Both the position numbers and the translations under genes were made by a program. The notes below the pieces were generated by a model. That model had not been told where the DNA came from and made no database searches. It saw only the letters and a list, made by a program, of their open reading frames with translations. Positions 43,387 through 57,847 of a stretch of 64,000 nt of DNA are shown piece by piece; positions within the stretch are counted from its first letter, which is position 1; each line of letters begins with the position of its first letter. The stretch comes from Eledone cirrhosa (Eukaryota), in assembly GCA_964016885.1 (NCBI GenBank), contig OZ024740.1, positions 326,740,001 to 326,804,000 of the forward strand, read 5' to 3'.

Positions 43387-45062
43387 ATATACACAGACAC
43401 ATATACACACTCACATATATATATGTGTGCATGCACACACACATATATACATACATACACATATATACACATAAACACATATATGTGCATACATGCACAT
43501 ACACACACATATATCACATAGATACGGAGATAGACATATAAATAGAGAGACATACATATATATACAACACACATACACACACATACATACACACGCATAT
43601 ATATATATATACATATATATATATACATATATATATTCCTATATATACACATATACATATATATATACACATATATACACATACATACACATATACGTAC
43701 ACACATTCACATACACATACATATATACATGCATATATACACACATATACATACATACACACACTCATATATACACACACAATCTTACATTCATATTTGC
43801 ATGCGCATATATGTATTTTTATATTTAGATATAAATACCCAAACCTATATAGACACCTACCTACATATATATTCATACATAGACGCTTACAAATACAGAT
43901 GATAATAGTATGGGGGAAAGGGGGGGTTTGGAGAAGGGGATCAAAGTAAATATATGTTTCAAGAAACATAGAATATTTTCCGTATCTTTATCCAATGTAT
44001 GTTTTTACATATTACCAGTGTTAGGAAATACAACAAACAAAAACTAAGGCAAAATCTATGCATCTCAAAATAAACAAGTATACCATTAACTATATGTTAA
44101 CTAAACCAAAGATAGTTAACATATTGATTTCTAAGGTGTAAATTAGTTAGGTTTATAATATTTGAAGCAGAATTTTGAAGTTAAATAGTAGTAGAGTATT
44201 AATTACAGTATAACTAAATTAAAGTTAATAACGTTATGGTATCAATATTAGGAAATGAAATTAGTAATAGGGAAAAAAACAAATAAAATAAAGTAGTACA
44301 TCGGTAGTAGAATATAAATTATAGGTTAACTAAATTAAAAATTATATATTTATTTCTATAGTATATGTTAATTAGGTATACAATACATAAAGCAGATATT
44401 GTATTTCATCAATAGCATAATAAATTAATATAATTATATGCAAATAGAAATCAAAATTAATACGCATACATATACATATACATACACATACATATATACA
44501 TATATATACACACACATATATACACATATATATACATATATACACATATACATACACACACACATACACATACACATATACATATACATATCATTTTTCA
44601 AAAAATTGCATAGAATATATTAACTAGGTATATATCCAAAACACATCCCATTCTATGATTACATGACATTCTGCAATTCGTCTGTATAAAGAAACTAATT
44701 TTAAGCAAATTAAAATTAAATTTTTAGGTTGATTAAAACTAAAACCAAATTATAAATATATTTCTAAAATGTATATTAATTAGGTCAATAATACTAAAAA
44801 TTATTTCTCTGTCATTGGATACACGATATTATTTTGTTATATTTTATCTGTAAAAGAATTATAATAAAAATAATAAAAGGTTTAAATAAATTAAAATTAA
44901 TCTATAAATTAAATTACTAAGTATATATTAGTAATATTTAAAGGTTTTTCACAATTTATGATTACATAATATTTTATATTCTGATCTGTAATAAAATTTT
45001 AATTAAATTAAATTTATAGGTTAACTAACATTTAAATTAAATTAATTTCTAAAATAATGTTG

Positions 45063-47504
45063 TTAATTAGGTTTATAATATTTAAATGTTTTTTTTAGTT
45101 TATGATTACACGATATAATTAATTCCTGTCGTTTATTTAATAAGATATCCTTAGACTTCATTATTTCAAATAGTTCTTGGGAACATAATCTACATTCATT
45201 TCTATTATTTTGATAAGGGGTGGCTCTTTTGAGCACACTCCAGGTCAAATCATATTTTATATTCTTATTTTTATAACTATTGATTTTTTCAGCTAGAGAT
45301 GTTGTATTAGCCAGTGCGGCATTTTTAAAACTATGCTTGTGGGTATTAAACCTTGTCTTAAAATTGTTAGAGGTAGCTCCTATATATGAGCAAATAGAAT
45401 CTTTAGTTTTAACATTACATTTATAGACTATGTTGTTAACAAGACAATTCCCTTTTAATGGGCAGTTTGCTTTGTTTCTACAGTTACATCCTTTCGTTAA
45501 TTCTGTATTTGAGGAGATATTATGGTTAATTTGATGTACTGGTGGTATACTTATGGTTTTCTTACATTTATATGCATTATATGCACTTATATTTTGTTTT
45601 ATGTTATTTGTTGTAGAGTATGAGAATTTAACTGTAGACCTATTTAAGATTTGATGGTATTTGTGGTTTGGCGGGAAGTTTTTCTCAAGGATATAAAAAA
45701 ATTTTTTAGCAATATTATCCTTAACTTGTAAATTAAAAGGAGCATTATACCAAGTAACTCGTCTATTACGGTTTCTATGTTGTTTATTATTTTTATTATT
45801 TTTATAGGTTGTATCGTGATTTTTACTAGGAGGATTAATGTTAATGATCTCACCACGACTATTTTTAGTTATATTTGTAGATTTAGGTGTTTTATCCTTT
45901 TTATTAGGAGTTTTATTATTAATATTTATTAGAGTTGTATGATGAGTAGTTTTTTGAGAGTTACTATACTTTATATTAGAAGATTTGGTATTTTGGGGTA
46001 TAGTGTGGGTGGCATTTAGGTGTGTACTTTTCATTTGGTGTTTGTTGGTAATATTATGTTGTATGCTTTCAGTATTTTTAGTAGAAGGTATATACTCTAA
46101 TCTATTTTTGTGGCCACTTCTATCTAGAGCTTCGTTATAGAAGGTCGCATTTTTATCAAATACATCTTGGTTAGAAGAAAGGTTAGAAATTCTAAGTGAT
46201 ATATTATATGCAAGGTTTTTAAGGATAGATTTAGGGTGATTAGATTGTGAGTGTATGTAATGTAAGTTTTGGTTAGGTTTATGGTAAGGTTGGTAGATAC
46301 CCGTAGCTAAATCTAAAGTTATATCTAGGAAATTTACTACTTTACTTGTTTTTTCAAAAGTAATATTAAGATTATAATAGTCTTTAAGGAAAGTTCTAAT
46401 ATGTTTTTTGTTTTTTTCAATTTCTGAAAGGCTAAGGTTTTTAGAAAGAAGAAGACAGTCATCACGATATAAACCACCTTTGAGGTGGGGAAAAGAGGCA
46501 TTTATGTTGAAAAGGAGAAAGAGGCCCACAAGATCAGTAATTTGGGCGGAATCGCTTGAACCCATAGTAATATCAAAAAGATTACTGTATGTGTTTCTGG
46601 TCCAGTATTCATTCTGAAATTCAATAAGTGTTAGTCTAGCATGTGTAATAATGTTAATGTCATCCAAAGTTAAGTTAGATCTATTTTTAGCAAATATCAA
46701 TGCTTTGTTCAGGAGTATAGGTGATATAGAAGAATAGTAATTATCTATATCAAATTGTAGGAAAGAAGCAGAAGATTTACACCTAATATTTTTAAACCAG
46801 TTAATTACCTGGGAGGTGTTTTCCCAGAGTGGTAAAATAACGTGTTTTTTTATTTGTGGGATGACTCTATCTAAAATTTTTTTGCTAATTATTCCAATAT
46901 CTGATTTGGAGGGACATATAAGTCTAATAGAAGGATTTGAGTTAAAGTTAGATTTGTGATCTTTCAGGTTGAAGTGTGGTCTTTTCAATGCCAAAGGTTC
47001 AGTTCTATCTTCAATGTTTAGTTTTTTTACTATGTTGTGTGTTTTGTTGTTGATGTTGGTGAGTGACACATTATTAGATTTTTTATAATTTTTTCTGAGT
47101 TCTTTATATATGAACTCGTTATAATGTTCAATATCCATATGATACAAGTTACCAGTTTTGTCCGAGTGGACATGGATTTTTTTAGACTTTTTTAGGTCCA
47201 ATAGGGTAGAATCAAGGTCCTTTTGAAAGACGGATTTATACTTTTTAAATTTGAGGTGTTTAATTAAATTAAAAAGGTCTTTCTCGAAGTCTTCAAGTAA
47301 AAAGTTGTGTGGTGGATTCTTGTAAGTATTGAAATCATACATATATTTCCGATCTGCTTGTTTAGATTTTCTATCGAAGTGGTAGGCTCTCCATCTAACC
47401 CTTCTGATAAAATTATTAGTTTTCTGAATCATAAGGAGTAAGAAGTCATCCTTAGAAGGTATTGGTATGTTTTTTAAGGAGGTTCCTAAATATTGTTTTT
47501 CCAT
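45063..47504 (-). CDS. Intact PLE polyprotein (RT + GIY-YIG), 813 aa from ATG at 47504
   Basis: MEKQYLGTSLKNIPIP, RWRAYHF, SDKTGN, FLQFDIDNYY, MGSSDSAQ, GGLYRDD, CNCRNKANCPL, SYIGAT..FKTR, CRLCSQE, SCNH. Confidence 0.95.
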   Translation of the reverse strand: MEKQYLGTSLKNIPIPSKDDFLLLMIQKTNNFIRRVRWRAYHFDRKSKQADRKYMYDFNTYKNPPHNFLLEDFEKDLFNLIKHLKFKKYKSVFQKDLDSTLLDLKKSKKIHVHSDKTGNLYHMDIEHYNEFIYKELRKNYKKSNNVSLTNINNKTHNIVKKLNIEDRTEPLALKRPHFNLKDHKSNFNSNPSIRLICPSKSDIGIISKKILDRVIPQIKKHVILPLWENTSQVINWFKNIRCKSSASFLQFDIDNYYSSISPILLNKALIFAKNRSNLTLDDINIITHARLTLIEFQNEYWTRNTYSNLFDITMGSSDSAQITDLVGLFLLFNINASFPHLKGGLYRDDCLLLSKNLSLSEIEKNKKHIRTFLKDYYNLNITFEKTSKVVNFLDITLDLATGIYQPYHKPNQNLHYIHSQSNHPKSILKNLAYNISLRISNLSSNQDVFDKNATFYNEALDRSGHKNRLEYIPSTKNTESIQHNITNKHQMKSTHLNATHTIPQNTKSSNIKYSNSQKTTHHTTLININNKTPNKKDKTPKSTNITKNSRGEIININPPSKNHDTTYKNNKNNKQHRNRNRRVTWYNAPFNLQVKDNIAKKFFYILEKNFPPNHKYHQILNRSTVKFSYSTTNNIKQNISAYNAYKCKKTISIPPVHQINHNISSNTELTKGCNCRNKANCPLKGNCLVNNIVYKCNVKTKDSICSYIGATSNNFKTRFNTHKHSFKNAALANTTSLAEKINSYKNKNIKYDLTWSVLKRATPYQNNRNECRLCSQELFEIMKSKDILLNKRQELIISCNHKLKKTFKYYKPN

Positions 47505-47847
47505 TGTGATATGGATGATGGACAATTGAAAGAGCTCAACTAAATGTATATGGGTTTACAAAATCATACATATATATATGTATATACATAAATATAAAAT
47601 TAATACACACATACAGTACAAAAATACGAATATTTCCGTGAAAATAGGAGCAAAATTATGTAGATAAATCTACCAAGAGTTTACGGTAGTGTCCAATCCG
47701 TATGAAGAACTCAATGTATTCCGGATATCATGGAAAGAAGAGATGTAATGAAAAACCACTTTCGGTGAAAGATAAACGGTATACAGAGTCAAGATAAAAT
47801 ATTAAACAAATAATGAATAAACAATTCCTTATATTAAACAAAAAAAG

Positions 47848-48002
47848 TTCATTATTTAACGATCGTTTCTAGGATATATATGTGTTAGAATTGGTATGCA
47901 TATTCAACAGATCTATGTACAAAATTATACAAAATTATACAAATTATCAAGATTAAATATACATACCAAACACATATATACGCCGTCTTCAGAAATAATG
48001 AA
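47848..48002 (-). ncRNA. Type I hammerhead ribozyme with long stem II
   Basis: Copy of the same motif, about 350 nt upstream of the next ATG. Confidence 0.78.
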
Positions 48003-48698
48003 GTATATTTATTGATAATAACAACAATTCAAAATTTCAGGTCCGTTTGGGAACAAAAATTGACCAATGAAAACACAAAGGGTTAAATGCAGTTCGGTGT
48101 GTGTATATACATGTAAAATCCTTACATATATTTTACAAAAATGTATGTATAACTTGTATACGCATACTAAAAGGATGGATGCAAATACAAAATTTCAAGG
48201 TTAATGTCTCTGTGAGTTTATAATGCACAAATAAGATGCGTATTGACACTTATGAAGTTAAGTATATAAATATATTTTTTCATACTCACACATATCCGTA
48301 CAATCACACATACACGCGCGTATATGCATAAATATACACATAACCACGAACATACAAACACACACACACCCCCACTCACATTTATATATGTGGATATAAA
48401 ATCATAAGCACATGGATATTAATTCACTCACATAAAACACTGGCACACACATTTTCAGATCAAGATACAGAAATTAGGTGGGAGGGGGGGGGGGGGGAGG
48501 GGTCAGTATTCAACGGTCTGAGTAGACTGCTTAATATAAATGTATCTATAAACTAAGAAAAATAAACAAATAAAATAATAAAATATAATAAATAAAACAT
48601 TAAGGAGGAAAGAATAGAAAGAAAAACAGAAAAAAGAAAAAAGAAAAAAGAAAAAAGAAATATATCAAGAAAATAAATATACACACATACACATATAT

Positions 48699-48745
<47 letters not shown>

Positions 48746-49306
48746 TATATATATATATAAAAACATACATATATATACACATATACACTCACACATCCAT
48801 ACATAAATATACACACATATATAAACACATACATACATATACACACATCCACACTAAGAACATACATACACACACATATATAAACCTATACATATACACA
48901 CATACATACATATACACATATACATACAAATACACATACATATATATATACACACATATATATATATATATATATACATATATATACATATATATGTATA
49001 TACACGTACATATACACACACATATACCTATAATCACACATACTATACAGACACAGATATATATAACCACACACATACATGCACATATACAACACTTACA
49101 TACTAATATACATACAGATATACACATACATAGCTATATATACACACAAATATATACAGACTTACATATATACATACAGACAAATACTTACGCATCTATA
49201 TATCGGTATATACATACAAACACCACTACACTATCACACAACATAGAAATACAAAGAGAAAGGTATATACCTATACACACATACATATACAAATAGAAAA
49301 ACATAT

Positions 49307-49349
<43 letters not shown>

Positions 49350-49375
49350 TACATATACATATATATATATATAAC

Positions 49376-49408
<33 letters not shown>

Positions 49409-49653
49409 CACATACAAATACACATACACACACATACAGATATATACACATACATACATATACACACATATAGAAATATTTACGCATACATACATACACA
49501 CATACATATAAAGTCATAGACATCCATACATCTACACGAACATACATATACACATATATAAAGATATATATACACACACACACACACGCAACACATACAC
49601 ACATACACATATATATAAAAAAATAAATAATAAAGATATATACATATATATAT

Positions 49654-49702
<49 letters not shown>

Positions 49703-50080
49703 CACCTAAATATACATACACATACATACACACATACATAGACATACATGTACATACATATACGTACACCGATATACATATATATATATATATACACACA
49801 TAGACATATACATACATACACACACAACTTACATACACACATATATATACATGTATATTCATACATAGAATTAGAAATATAATCATACATACATATGCAC
49901 TTACTTATACTCATATATACAAATACATACGCATCCATATATGCGTATATACATAAAAAACCACTACAACCTCACCTAACTCAGACATACAAATAAAATA
50001 ATAATAAAAAGGCATATGTATATACATACACACACGCATTAATAGAGATATATATATACACACATACACATATACATATA

Positions 50081-50112
<32 letters not shown>

Positions 50113-50233
50113 CATATATACACACATACAATCATACATATATATATATATATATATATACATAGATATCCACACACTCATACCACCATAAATACACATA
50201 CAAACACCCACATATAGATATATATACACACGC

Positions 50234-50266
<33 letters not shown>

Positions 50267-50392
50267 TAAAAAACAGACATGCACATATATATATATTTTT
50301 TTACACTTATATATACACATATTATATACATATACACAACTTCACTTATACACACATACACATAAGTTATATTATAATAATAAAAAATAATA

Positions 50393-50428
<36 letters not shown>

Positions 50429-50437
50429 CATACATAC

Positions 50438-50468
<31 letters not shown>

Positions 50469-50532
50469 CATACAAACACATACATACACATATACACACA
50501 TATGAATATAGACATATATTCACACATAGACA

Positions 50533-50581
<49 letters not shown>

Positions 50582-52257
50582 ATATACACAGACACATATA
50601 CACACTCACATATATATATGTGTGCATGCACACACACATATATACATACATACACATATATACACATAAACACATATATGTGCATACATGCACATACACA
50701 CACATATATCACATAGATACGGAGATAGACATATAAATAGAGAGACATACATATATATACAACACACATACACACACATACATACACACGCATATATATA
50801 TATATACATATATATATATACATATATATATTCCTATATATACACATATACATATATATATACACATATATACACATACATACACATATACGTACACACA
50901 TTCACATACACATACATATATACATGCATATATACACACATATACATACATACACACACTCATATATACACACACAATCTTACATTCATATTTGCATGCG
51001 CATATATGTATTTTTATATTTAGATATAAATACCCAAACCTATATAGACACCTACCTACATATATATTCATACATAGACGCTTACAAATACAGATGATAA
51101 TAGTATGGGGGAAAGGGGGGGTTTGGAGAAGGGGATCAAAGTAAATATATGTTTCAAGAAACATAGAATATTTTCCGTATCTTTATCCAATGTATGTTTT
51201 TACATATTACCAGTGTTAGGAAATACAACAAACAAAAACTAAGGCAAAATCTATGCATCTCAAAATAAACAAGTATACCATTAACTATATGTTAACTAAA
51301 CCAAAGATAGTTAACATATTGATTTCTAAGGTGTAAATTAGTTAGGTTTATAATATTTGAAGCAGAATTTTGAAGTTAAATAGTAGTAGAGTATTAATTA
51401 CAGTATAACTAAATTAAAGTTAATAACGTTATGGTATCAATATTAGGAAATGAAATTAGTAATAGGGAAAAAAACAAATAAAATAAAGTAGTACATCGGT
51501 AGTAGAATATAAATTATAGGTTAACTAAATTAAAAATTATATATTTATTTCTATAGTATATGTTAATTAGGTATACAATACATAAAGCAGATATTGTATT
51601 TCATCAATAGCATAATAAATTAATATAATTATATGCAAATAGAAATCAAAATTAATACGCATACATATACATATACATACACATACATATATACATATAT
51701 ATACACACACATATATACACATATATATACATATATACACATATACATACACACACACATACACATACACATATACATATACATATCATTTTTCAAAAAA
51801 TTGCATAGAATATATTAACTAGGTATATATCCAAAACACATCCCATTCTATGATTACATGACATTCTGCAATTCGTCTGTATAAAGAAACTAATTTTAAG
51901 CAAATTAAAATTAAATTTTTAGGTTGATTAAAACTAAAACCAAATTATAAATATATTTCTAAAATGTATATTAATTAGGTCAATAATACTAAAAATTATT
52001 TCTCTGTCATTGGATACACGATATTATTTTGTTATATTTTATCTGTAAAAGAATTATAATAAAAATAATAAAAGGTTTAAATAAATTAAAATTAATCTAT
52101 AAATTAAATTACTAAGTATATATTAGTAATATTTAAAGGTTTTTCACAATTTATGATTACATAATATTTTATATTCTGATCTGTAATAAAATTTTAATTA
52201 AATTAAATTTATAGGTTAACTAACATTTAAATTAAATTAATTTCTAAAATAATGTTG

Positions 52258-54700
52258 TTAATTAGGTTTATAATATTTAAATGTTTTTTTTAGTTTATGA
52301 TTACACGATATAATTAATTCCTGTCGTTTATTTAATAAGATATCCTTAGACTTCATTATTTCAAATAGTTCTTGGGAACATAATCTACATTCATTTCTAT
52401 TATTTTGATAAGGGGTGGCTCTTTTGAGCACACTCCAGGTCAAATCATATTTTATATTCTTATTTTTATAACTATTGATTTTTTCAGCTAGAGATGTTGT
52501 ATTAGCCAGTGCGGCATTTTTAAAACTATGCTTGTGGGTATTAAACCTTGTCTTAAAATTGTTAGAGGTAGCTCCTATATATGAGCAAATAGAATCTTTA
52601 GTTTTAACATTACATTTATAGACTATGTTGTTAACAAGACAATTCCCTTTTAATGGGCAGTTTGCTTTGTTTCTACAGTTACATCCTTTCGTTAATTCTG
52701 TATTTGAGGAGATATTATGGTTAATTTGATGTACTGGTGGTATACTTATGGTTTTCTTACATTTATATGCATTATATGCACTTATATTTTGTTTTATGTT
52801 ATTTGTTGTAGAGTATGAGAATTTAACTGTAGACCTATTTAAGATTTGATGGTATTTGTGGTTTGGCGGGAAGTTTTTCTCAAGGATATAAAAAAATTTT
52901 TTAGCAATATTATCCTTAACTTGTAAATTAAAAGGAGCATTATACCAAGTAACTCGTCTATTACGGTTTCTATGTTGTTTATTATTTTTATTATTTTTAT
53001 AGGTTGTATCGTGATTTTTACTAGGAGGATTAATGTTAATGATCTCACCACGACTATTTTTAGTTATATTTGTAGATTTAGGTGTTTTATCCTTTTTATT
53101 AGGAGTTTTATTATTAATATTTATTAGAGTTGTATGATGAGTAGTTTTTTGAGAGTTACTATACTTTATATTAGAAGATTTGGTATTTTGGGGTATAGTG
53201 TGGGTGGCATTTAGGTGTGTACTTTTCATTTGGTGTTTGTTGGTAATATTATGTTGTATGCTTTCAGTATTTTTAGTAGAAGGTATATACTCTAATCTAT
53301 TTTTGTGGCCACTTCTATCTAGAGCTTCGTTATAGAAGGTCGCATTTTTATCAAATACATCTTGGTTAGAAGAAAGGTTAGAAATTCTAAGTGATATATT
53401 ATATGCAAGGTTTTTAAGGATAGATTTAGGGTGATTAGATTGTGAGTGTATGTAATGTAAGTTTTGGTTAGGTTTATGGTAAGGTTGGTAGATACCCGTA
53501 GCTAAATCTAAAGTTATATCTAGGAAATTTACTACTTTACTTGTTTTTTCAAAAGTAATATTAAGATTATAATAGTCTTTAAGGAAAGTTCTAATATGTT
53601 TTTTGTTTTTTTCAATTTCTGAAAGGCTAAGGTTTTTAGAAAGAAGAAGACAGTCATCACGATATAAACCACCTTTGAGGTGGGGAAAAGAGGCATTTAT
53701 GTTGAAAAGGAGAAAGAGGCCCACAAGATCAGTAATTTGGGCGGAATCGCTTGAACCCATAGTAATATCAAAAAGATTACTGTATGTGTTTCTGGTCCAG
53801 TATTCATTCTGAAATTCAATAAGTGTTAGTCTAGCATGTGTAATAATGTTAATGTCATCCAAAGTTAAGTTAGATCTATTTTTAGCAAATATCAATGCTT
53901 TGTTCAGGAGTATAGGTGATATAGAAGAATAGTAATTATCTATATCAAATTGTAGGAAAGAAGCAGAAGATTTACACCTAATATTTTTAAACCAGTTAAT
54001 TACCTGGGAGGTGTTTTCCCAGAGTGGTAAAATAACGTGTTTTTTTATTTGTGGGATGACTCTATCTAAAAATTTTTTGCTAATTATTCCAATATCTGAT
54101 TTGGAGGGACATATAAGTCTAATAGAAGGATTTGAGTTAAAGTTAGATTTGTGATCTTTCAGGTTGAAGTGTGGTCTTTTCAATGCCAAAGGTTCAGTTC
54201 TATCTTCAATGTTTAGTTTTTTTACTATGTTGTGTGTTTTGTTGTTGATGTTGGTGAGTGACACATTATTAGATTTTTTATAATTTTTTCTGAGTTCTTT
54301 ATATATGAACTCGTTATAATGTTCAATATCCATATGATACAAGTTACCAGTTTTGTCCGAGTGGACATGGATTTTTTTTAGACTTTTTTAGGTCAAATAG
54401 GGTAGAATCAAGGTCCTTTTGAAAGACGGATTTATACTTTTTAAATTTGAGGTGTTTAATTAAATTAAAAAGGTCTTTCTCGAAGTCTTCAAGTAAAAAG
54501 TTGTGTGGTGGATTCTTGTAAGTATTGAAATCATACATATATTTCCGATCTGCTTGTTTAGATTTTCTATCGAAGTGGTAGGCTCTCCATCTAACCCTTC
54601 TGATAAAATTATTAGTTTTCTGAATCATAAGGAGTAAGAAGTCATCCTTAGAAGGTATTGGTATGTTTTTTAAGGAGGTTCCTAAATATTGTTTTTCCAT
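52258..54700 (-). pseudogene. Full-length PLE ORF copy with a +1 frameshift in a homopolymer
   Basis: T8 at 54372-54379 versus T7 in the intact copy; otherwise almost identical. May be a sequencing error. Confidence 0.85.
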
Positions 54701-55043
54701 TGTGATATGGATGATGGACAATTGAAAGAGCTCAACTAAATGTATATGGGTTTACAAAATCATACATATATATATGTATATACATAAATATAAAATTAAT
54801 ACACACATACAGTACAAAAATACGAATATTTCCGTGAAAATAGGAGCAAAATTATGTAGATAAATCTACCAAGAGTTTACGGTAGTGTCCAATCCGTATG
54901 AAGAACTCAATGTATTCCGGATATCATGGAAAGAAGAGATGTAATGAAAAACCACTTTCGGTGAAAGATAAACGGTATACAGAGTCAAGATAAAATATTA
55001 AACAAATAATGAATAAACAATTCCTTATATTAAACAAAAAAAG

Positions 55044-55198
55044 TTCATTATTTAACGATCGTTTCTAGGATATATATGTGTTAGAATTGGTATGCATATT
55101 CAACAGATCTATGTACAAAATTATACAAAATTATACAAATTATCAAGATTAAATATACATACCAAACACATATATACGCCGTCTTCAGAAATAATGAA
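55044..55198 (-). ncRNA. Type I hammerhead ribozyme with long stem II
   Basis: Copy of the same motif in the upstream partial repeat (pLTR). Confidence 0.78.
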
Positions 55199-55869
55199 GT
55201 ATATTTATTGATAATAACAACAATTCAAAATTTCAGGTCCGTTTGGGAACAAAAATTGACCAATGAAAACACAAAGGGTTAAATGCAGTTCGGTGTGTGT
55301 ATATACATGTAAAACCCTTACACATATTTTACAAAAATGTATGTATAACTTGTATACGCATACTAAAAGGATGGATGCAAATACAAAATTTCAAGGTTAA
55401 TGTCTCTGTGAGTTTATAATGCACAAATAAGATGCGTATTGACACTTATGAAGTTAAGTATATAAATATATTTTTTCATACTCACACATATCCGTACAAT
55501 CACACATACACGCGCGTATATGCATAAATATACACATAACCACGAACATACAAACACACACACACCCCCACTCACATTTATATATGTGGATATAAAATCA
55601 TAAGCACATGGATATTAATTCACTCACATAAAACACTGGCACACACATTTTCAGATCAAGATACAGAAATTAGGTGGGAGGGGGGGAGGGGTCAGTATTC
55701 AACGGTCTGAGTAGACTGCCTAATATAAATGTATCTATAAACTAAGAAAAATAAACAAATAAAATAATAAAATATAATAAATAAAACATTAAGGAGGAAA
55801 GAATAGAAAGAAAAACAGAAAAAAGAAAAAAGAAAAAAGAAAAAAGAAATATATCAAGAAAATAAATAT

Positions 55870-57847
55870 ACACAACATAGTAAAAAAACTAAACATTGAA
55901 GATAGAACTGAACCTTTGGCATTGAAAAGACCACACTTCAACCTGAAAGATCACAAATCTAACTTTAACTCAAATCCTTCTATTAGACTTATATGTCCCT
56001 CCAAATCAGATATTGGAATAATTAGCAAAAAATTTTTAGATAGAGTCATCCCACAAATAAAAAAACACGTTATTTTACCACTCTGGGAAAACACCTCCCA
56101 GGTAATTAACTGGTTTAAAAATATTAGGTGTAAATCTTCTGCTTCTTTCCTACAATTTGATATAGATAATTACTATTCTTCTATATCACCTATACTCCTG
56201 AACAAAGCATTGATATTTGCTAAAAATAGATCTAACTTAACTTTGGATGACATTAACATTATTACACATGCTAGACTAACACTTATTGAATTTCAGAATG
56301 AATACTGGACCAGAAACACATACAGTAATCTTTTTGATATTACTATGGGTTCAAGCGATTCCGCCCAAATTACTGATCTTGTGGGCCTCTTTCTCCTTTT
56401 CAACATAAATGCCTCTTTTCCCCACCTCAAAGGTGGTTTATATCGTGATGACTGTCTTCTTCTTTCTAAAAACCTTAGCCTTTCAGAAATTGAAAAAAAC
56501 AAAAAACATATTAGAACTTTCCTTAAAGACTATTATAATCTTAATATTACTTTTGAAAAAACAAGTAAAGTAGTAAATTTCCTAGATATAACTTTAGATT
56601 TAGCTACGGGTATCTACCAACCTTACCATAAACCTAACCAAAACTTACATTACATACACTCACAATCTAATCACCCTAAATCTATCCTTAAAAACCTTGC
56701 ATATAATATATCACTTAGAATTTCTAACCTTTCTTCTAACCAAGATGTATTTGATAAAAATGCGACCTTCTATAACGAAGCTCTAGATAGAAGTGGCCAC
56801 AAAAATAGATTAGAGTATATACCTTCTACTAAAAATACTGAAAGCATACAACATAATATTACCAACAAACACCAAATGAAAAGTACACACCTAAATGCCA
56901 CCCACACTATACCCCAAAATACCAAATCTTCTAATATAAAGTATAGTAACTCTCAAAAAACTACTCATCATACAACTCTAATAAATATTAATAATAAAAC
57001 TCCTAATAAAAAGGATAAAACACCTAAATCTACAAATATAACTAAAAATAGTCGTGGTGAGATCATTAACATTAATCCTCCTAGTAAAAATCACGATACA
57101 ACCTATAAAAATAATAAAAATAATAAACAACATAGAAACCGTAATAGACGAGTTACTTGGTATAATGCTCCTTTTAATTTACAAGTTAAGGATAATATTG
57201 CTAAAAAATTTTTTTATATCCTTGAGAAAAACTTCCCGCCAAACCACAAATACCATCAAATCTTAAATAGGTCTACAGTTAAATTCTCATACTCTACAAC
57301 AAATAACATAAAACAAAATATAAGTGCATATAATGCATATAAATGTAAGAAAACCATAAGTATACCACCAGTACATCAAATTAACCATAATATCTCCTCA
57401 AATACAGAATTAACGAAAGGATGTAACTGTAGAAACAAAGCAAACTGCCCATTAAAAGGGAATTGTCTTGTTAACAACATAGTCTATAAATGTAATGTTA
57501 AAACTAAAGATTCTATTTGCTCATATATAGGAGCTACCTCTAACAATTTTAAGACAAGGTTTAATACCCACAAGCATAGTTTTAAAAATGCCGCACTGGC
57601 TAATACAACATCTCTAGCTGAAAAAATCAATAGTTATAAAAATAAGAATATAAAATATGATTTGACCTGGAGTGTGCTCAAAAGAGCCACCCCTTATCAA
57701 AATAATAGAAATGAATGTAGATTATGTTCCCAAGAACTATTTGAAATAATGAAGTCTAAGGATATCTTATTAAATAAACGACAGGAATTAATTATATCGT
57801 GTAATCATAAACTAAAAAAAACATTTAAATATTATAAACCTAATTAA
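55870..57847 (+). pseudogene. 5'-truncated inverted copy of the PLE ORF
   Basis: Starts abruptly at ...HNIVKKLNIEDRTEP at the inversion junction; remainder matches the minus-strand copies. Confidence 0.9.

Noticed and set aside
54344-54400. Programmed frameshift splitting the PLE ORF
   Set aside because: The sister copy is intact with T7; a homopolymer indel or sequencing error is simpler
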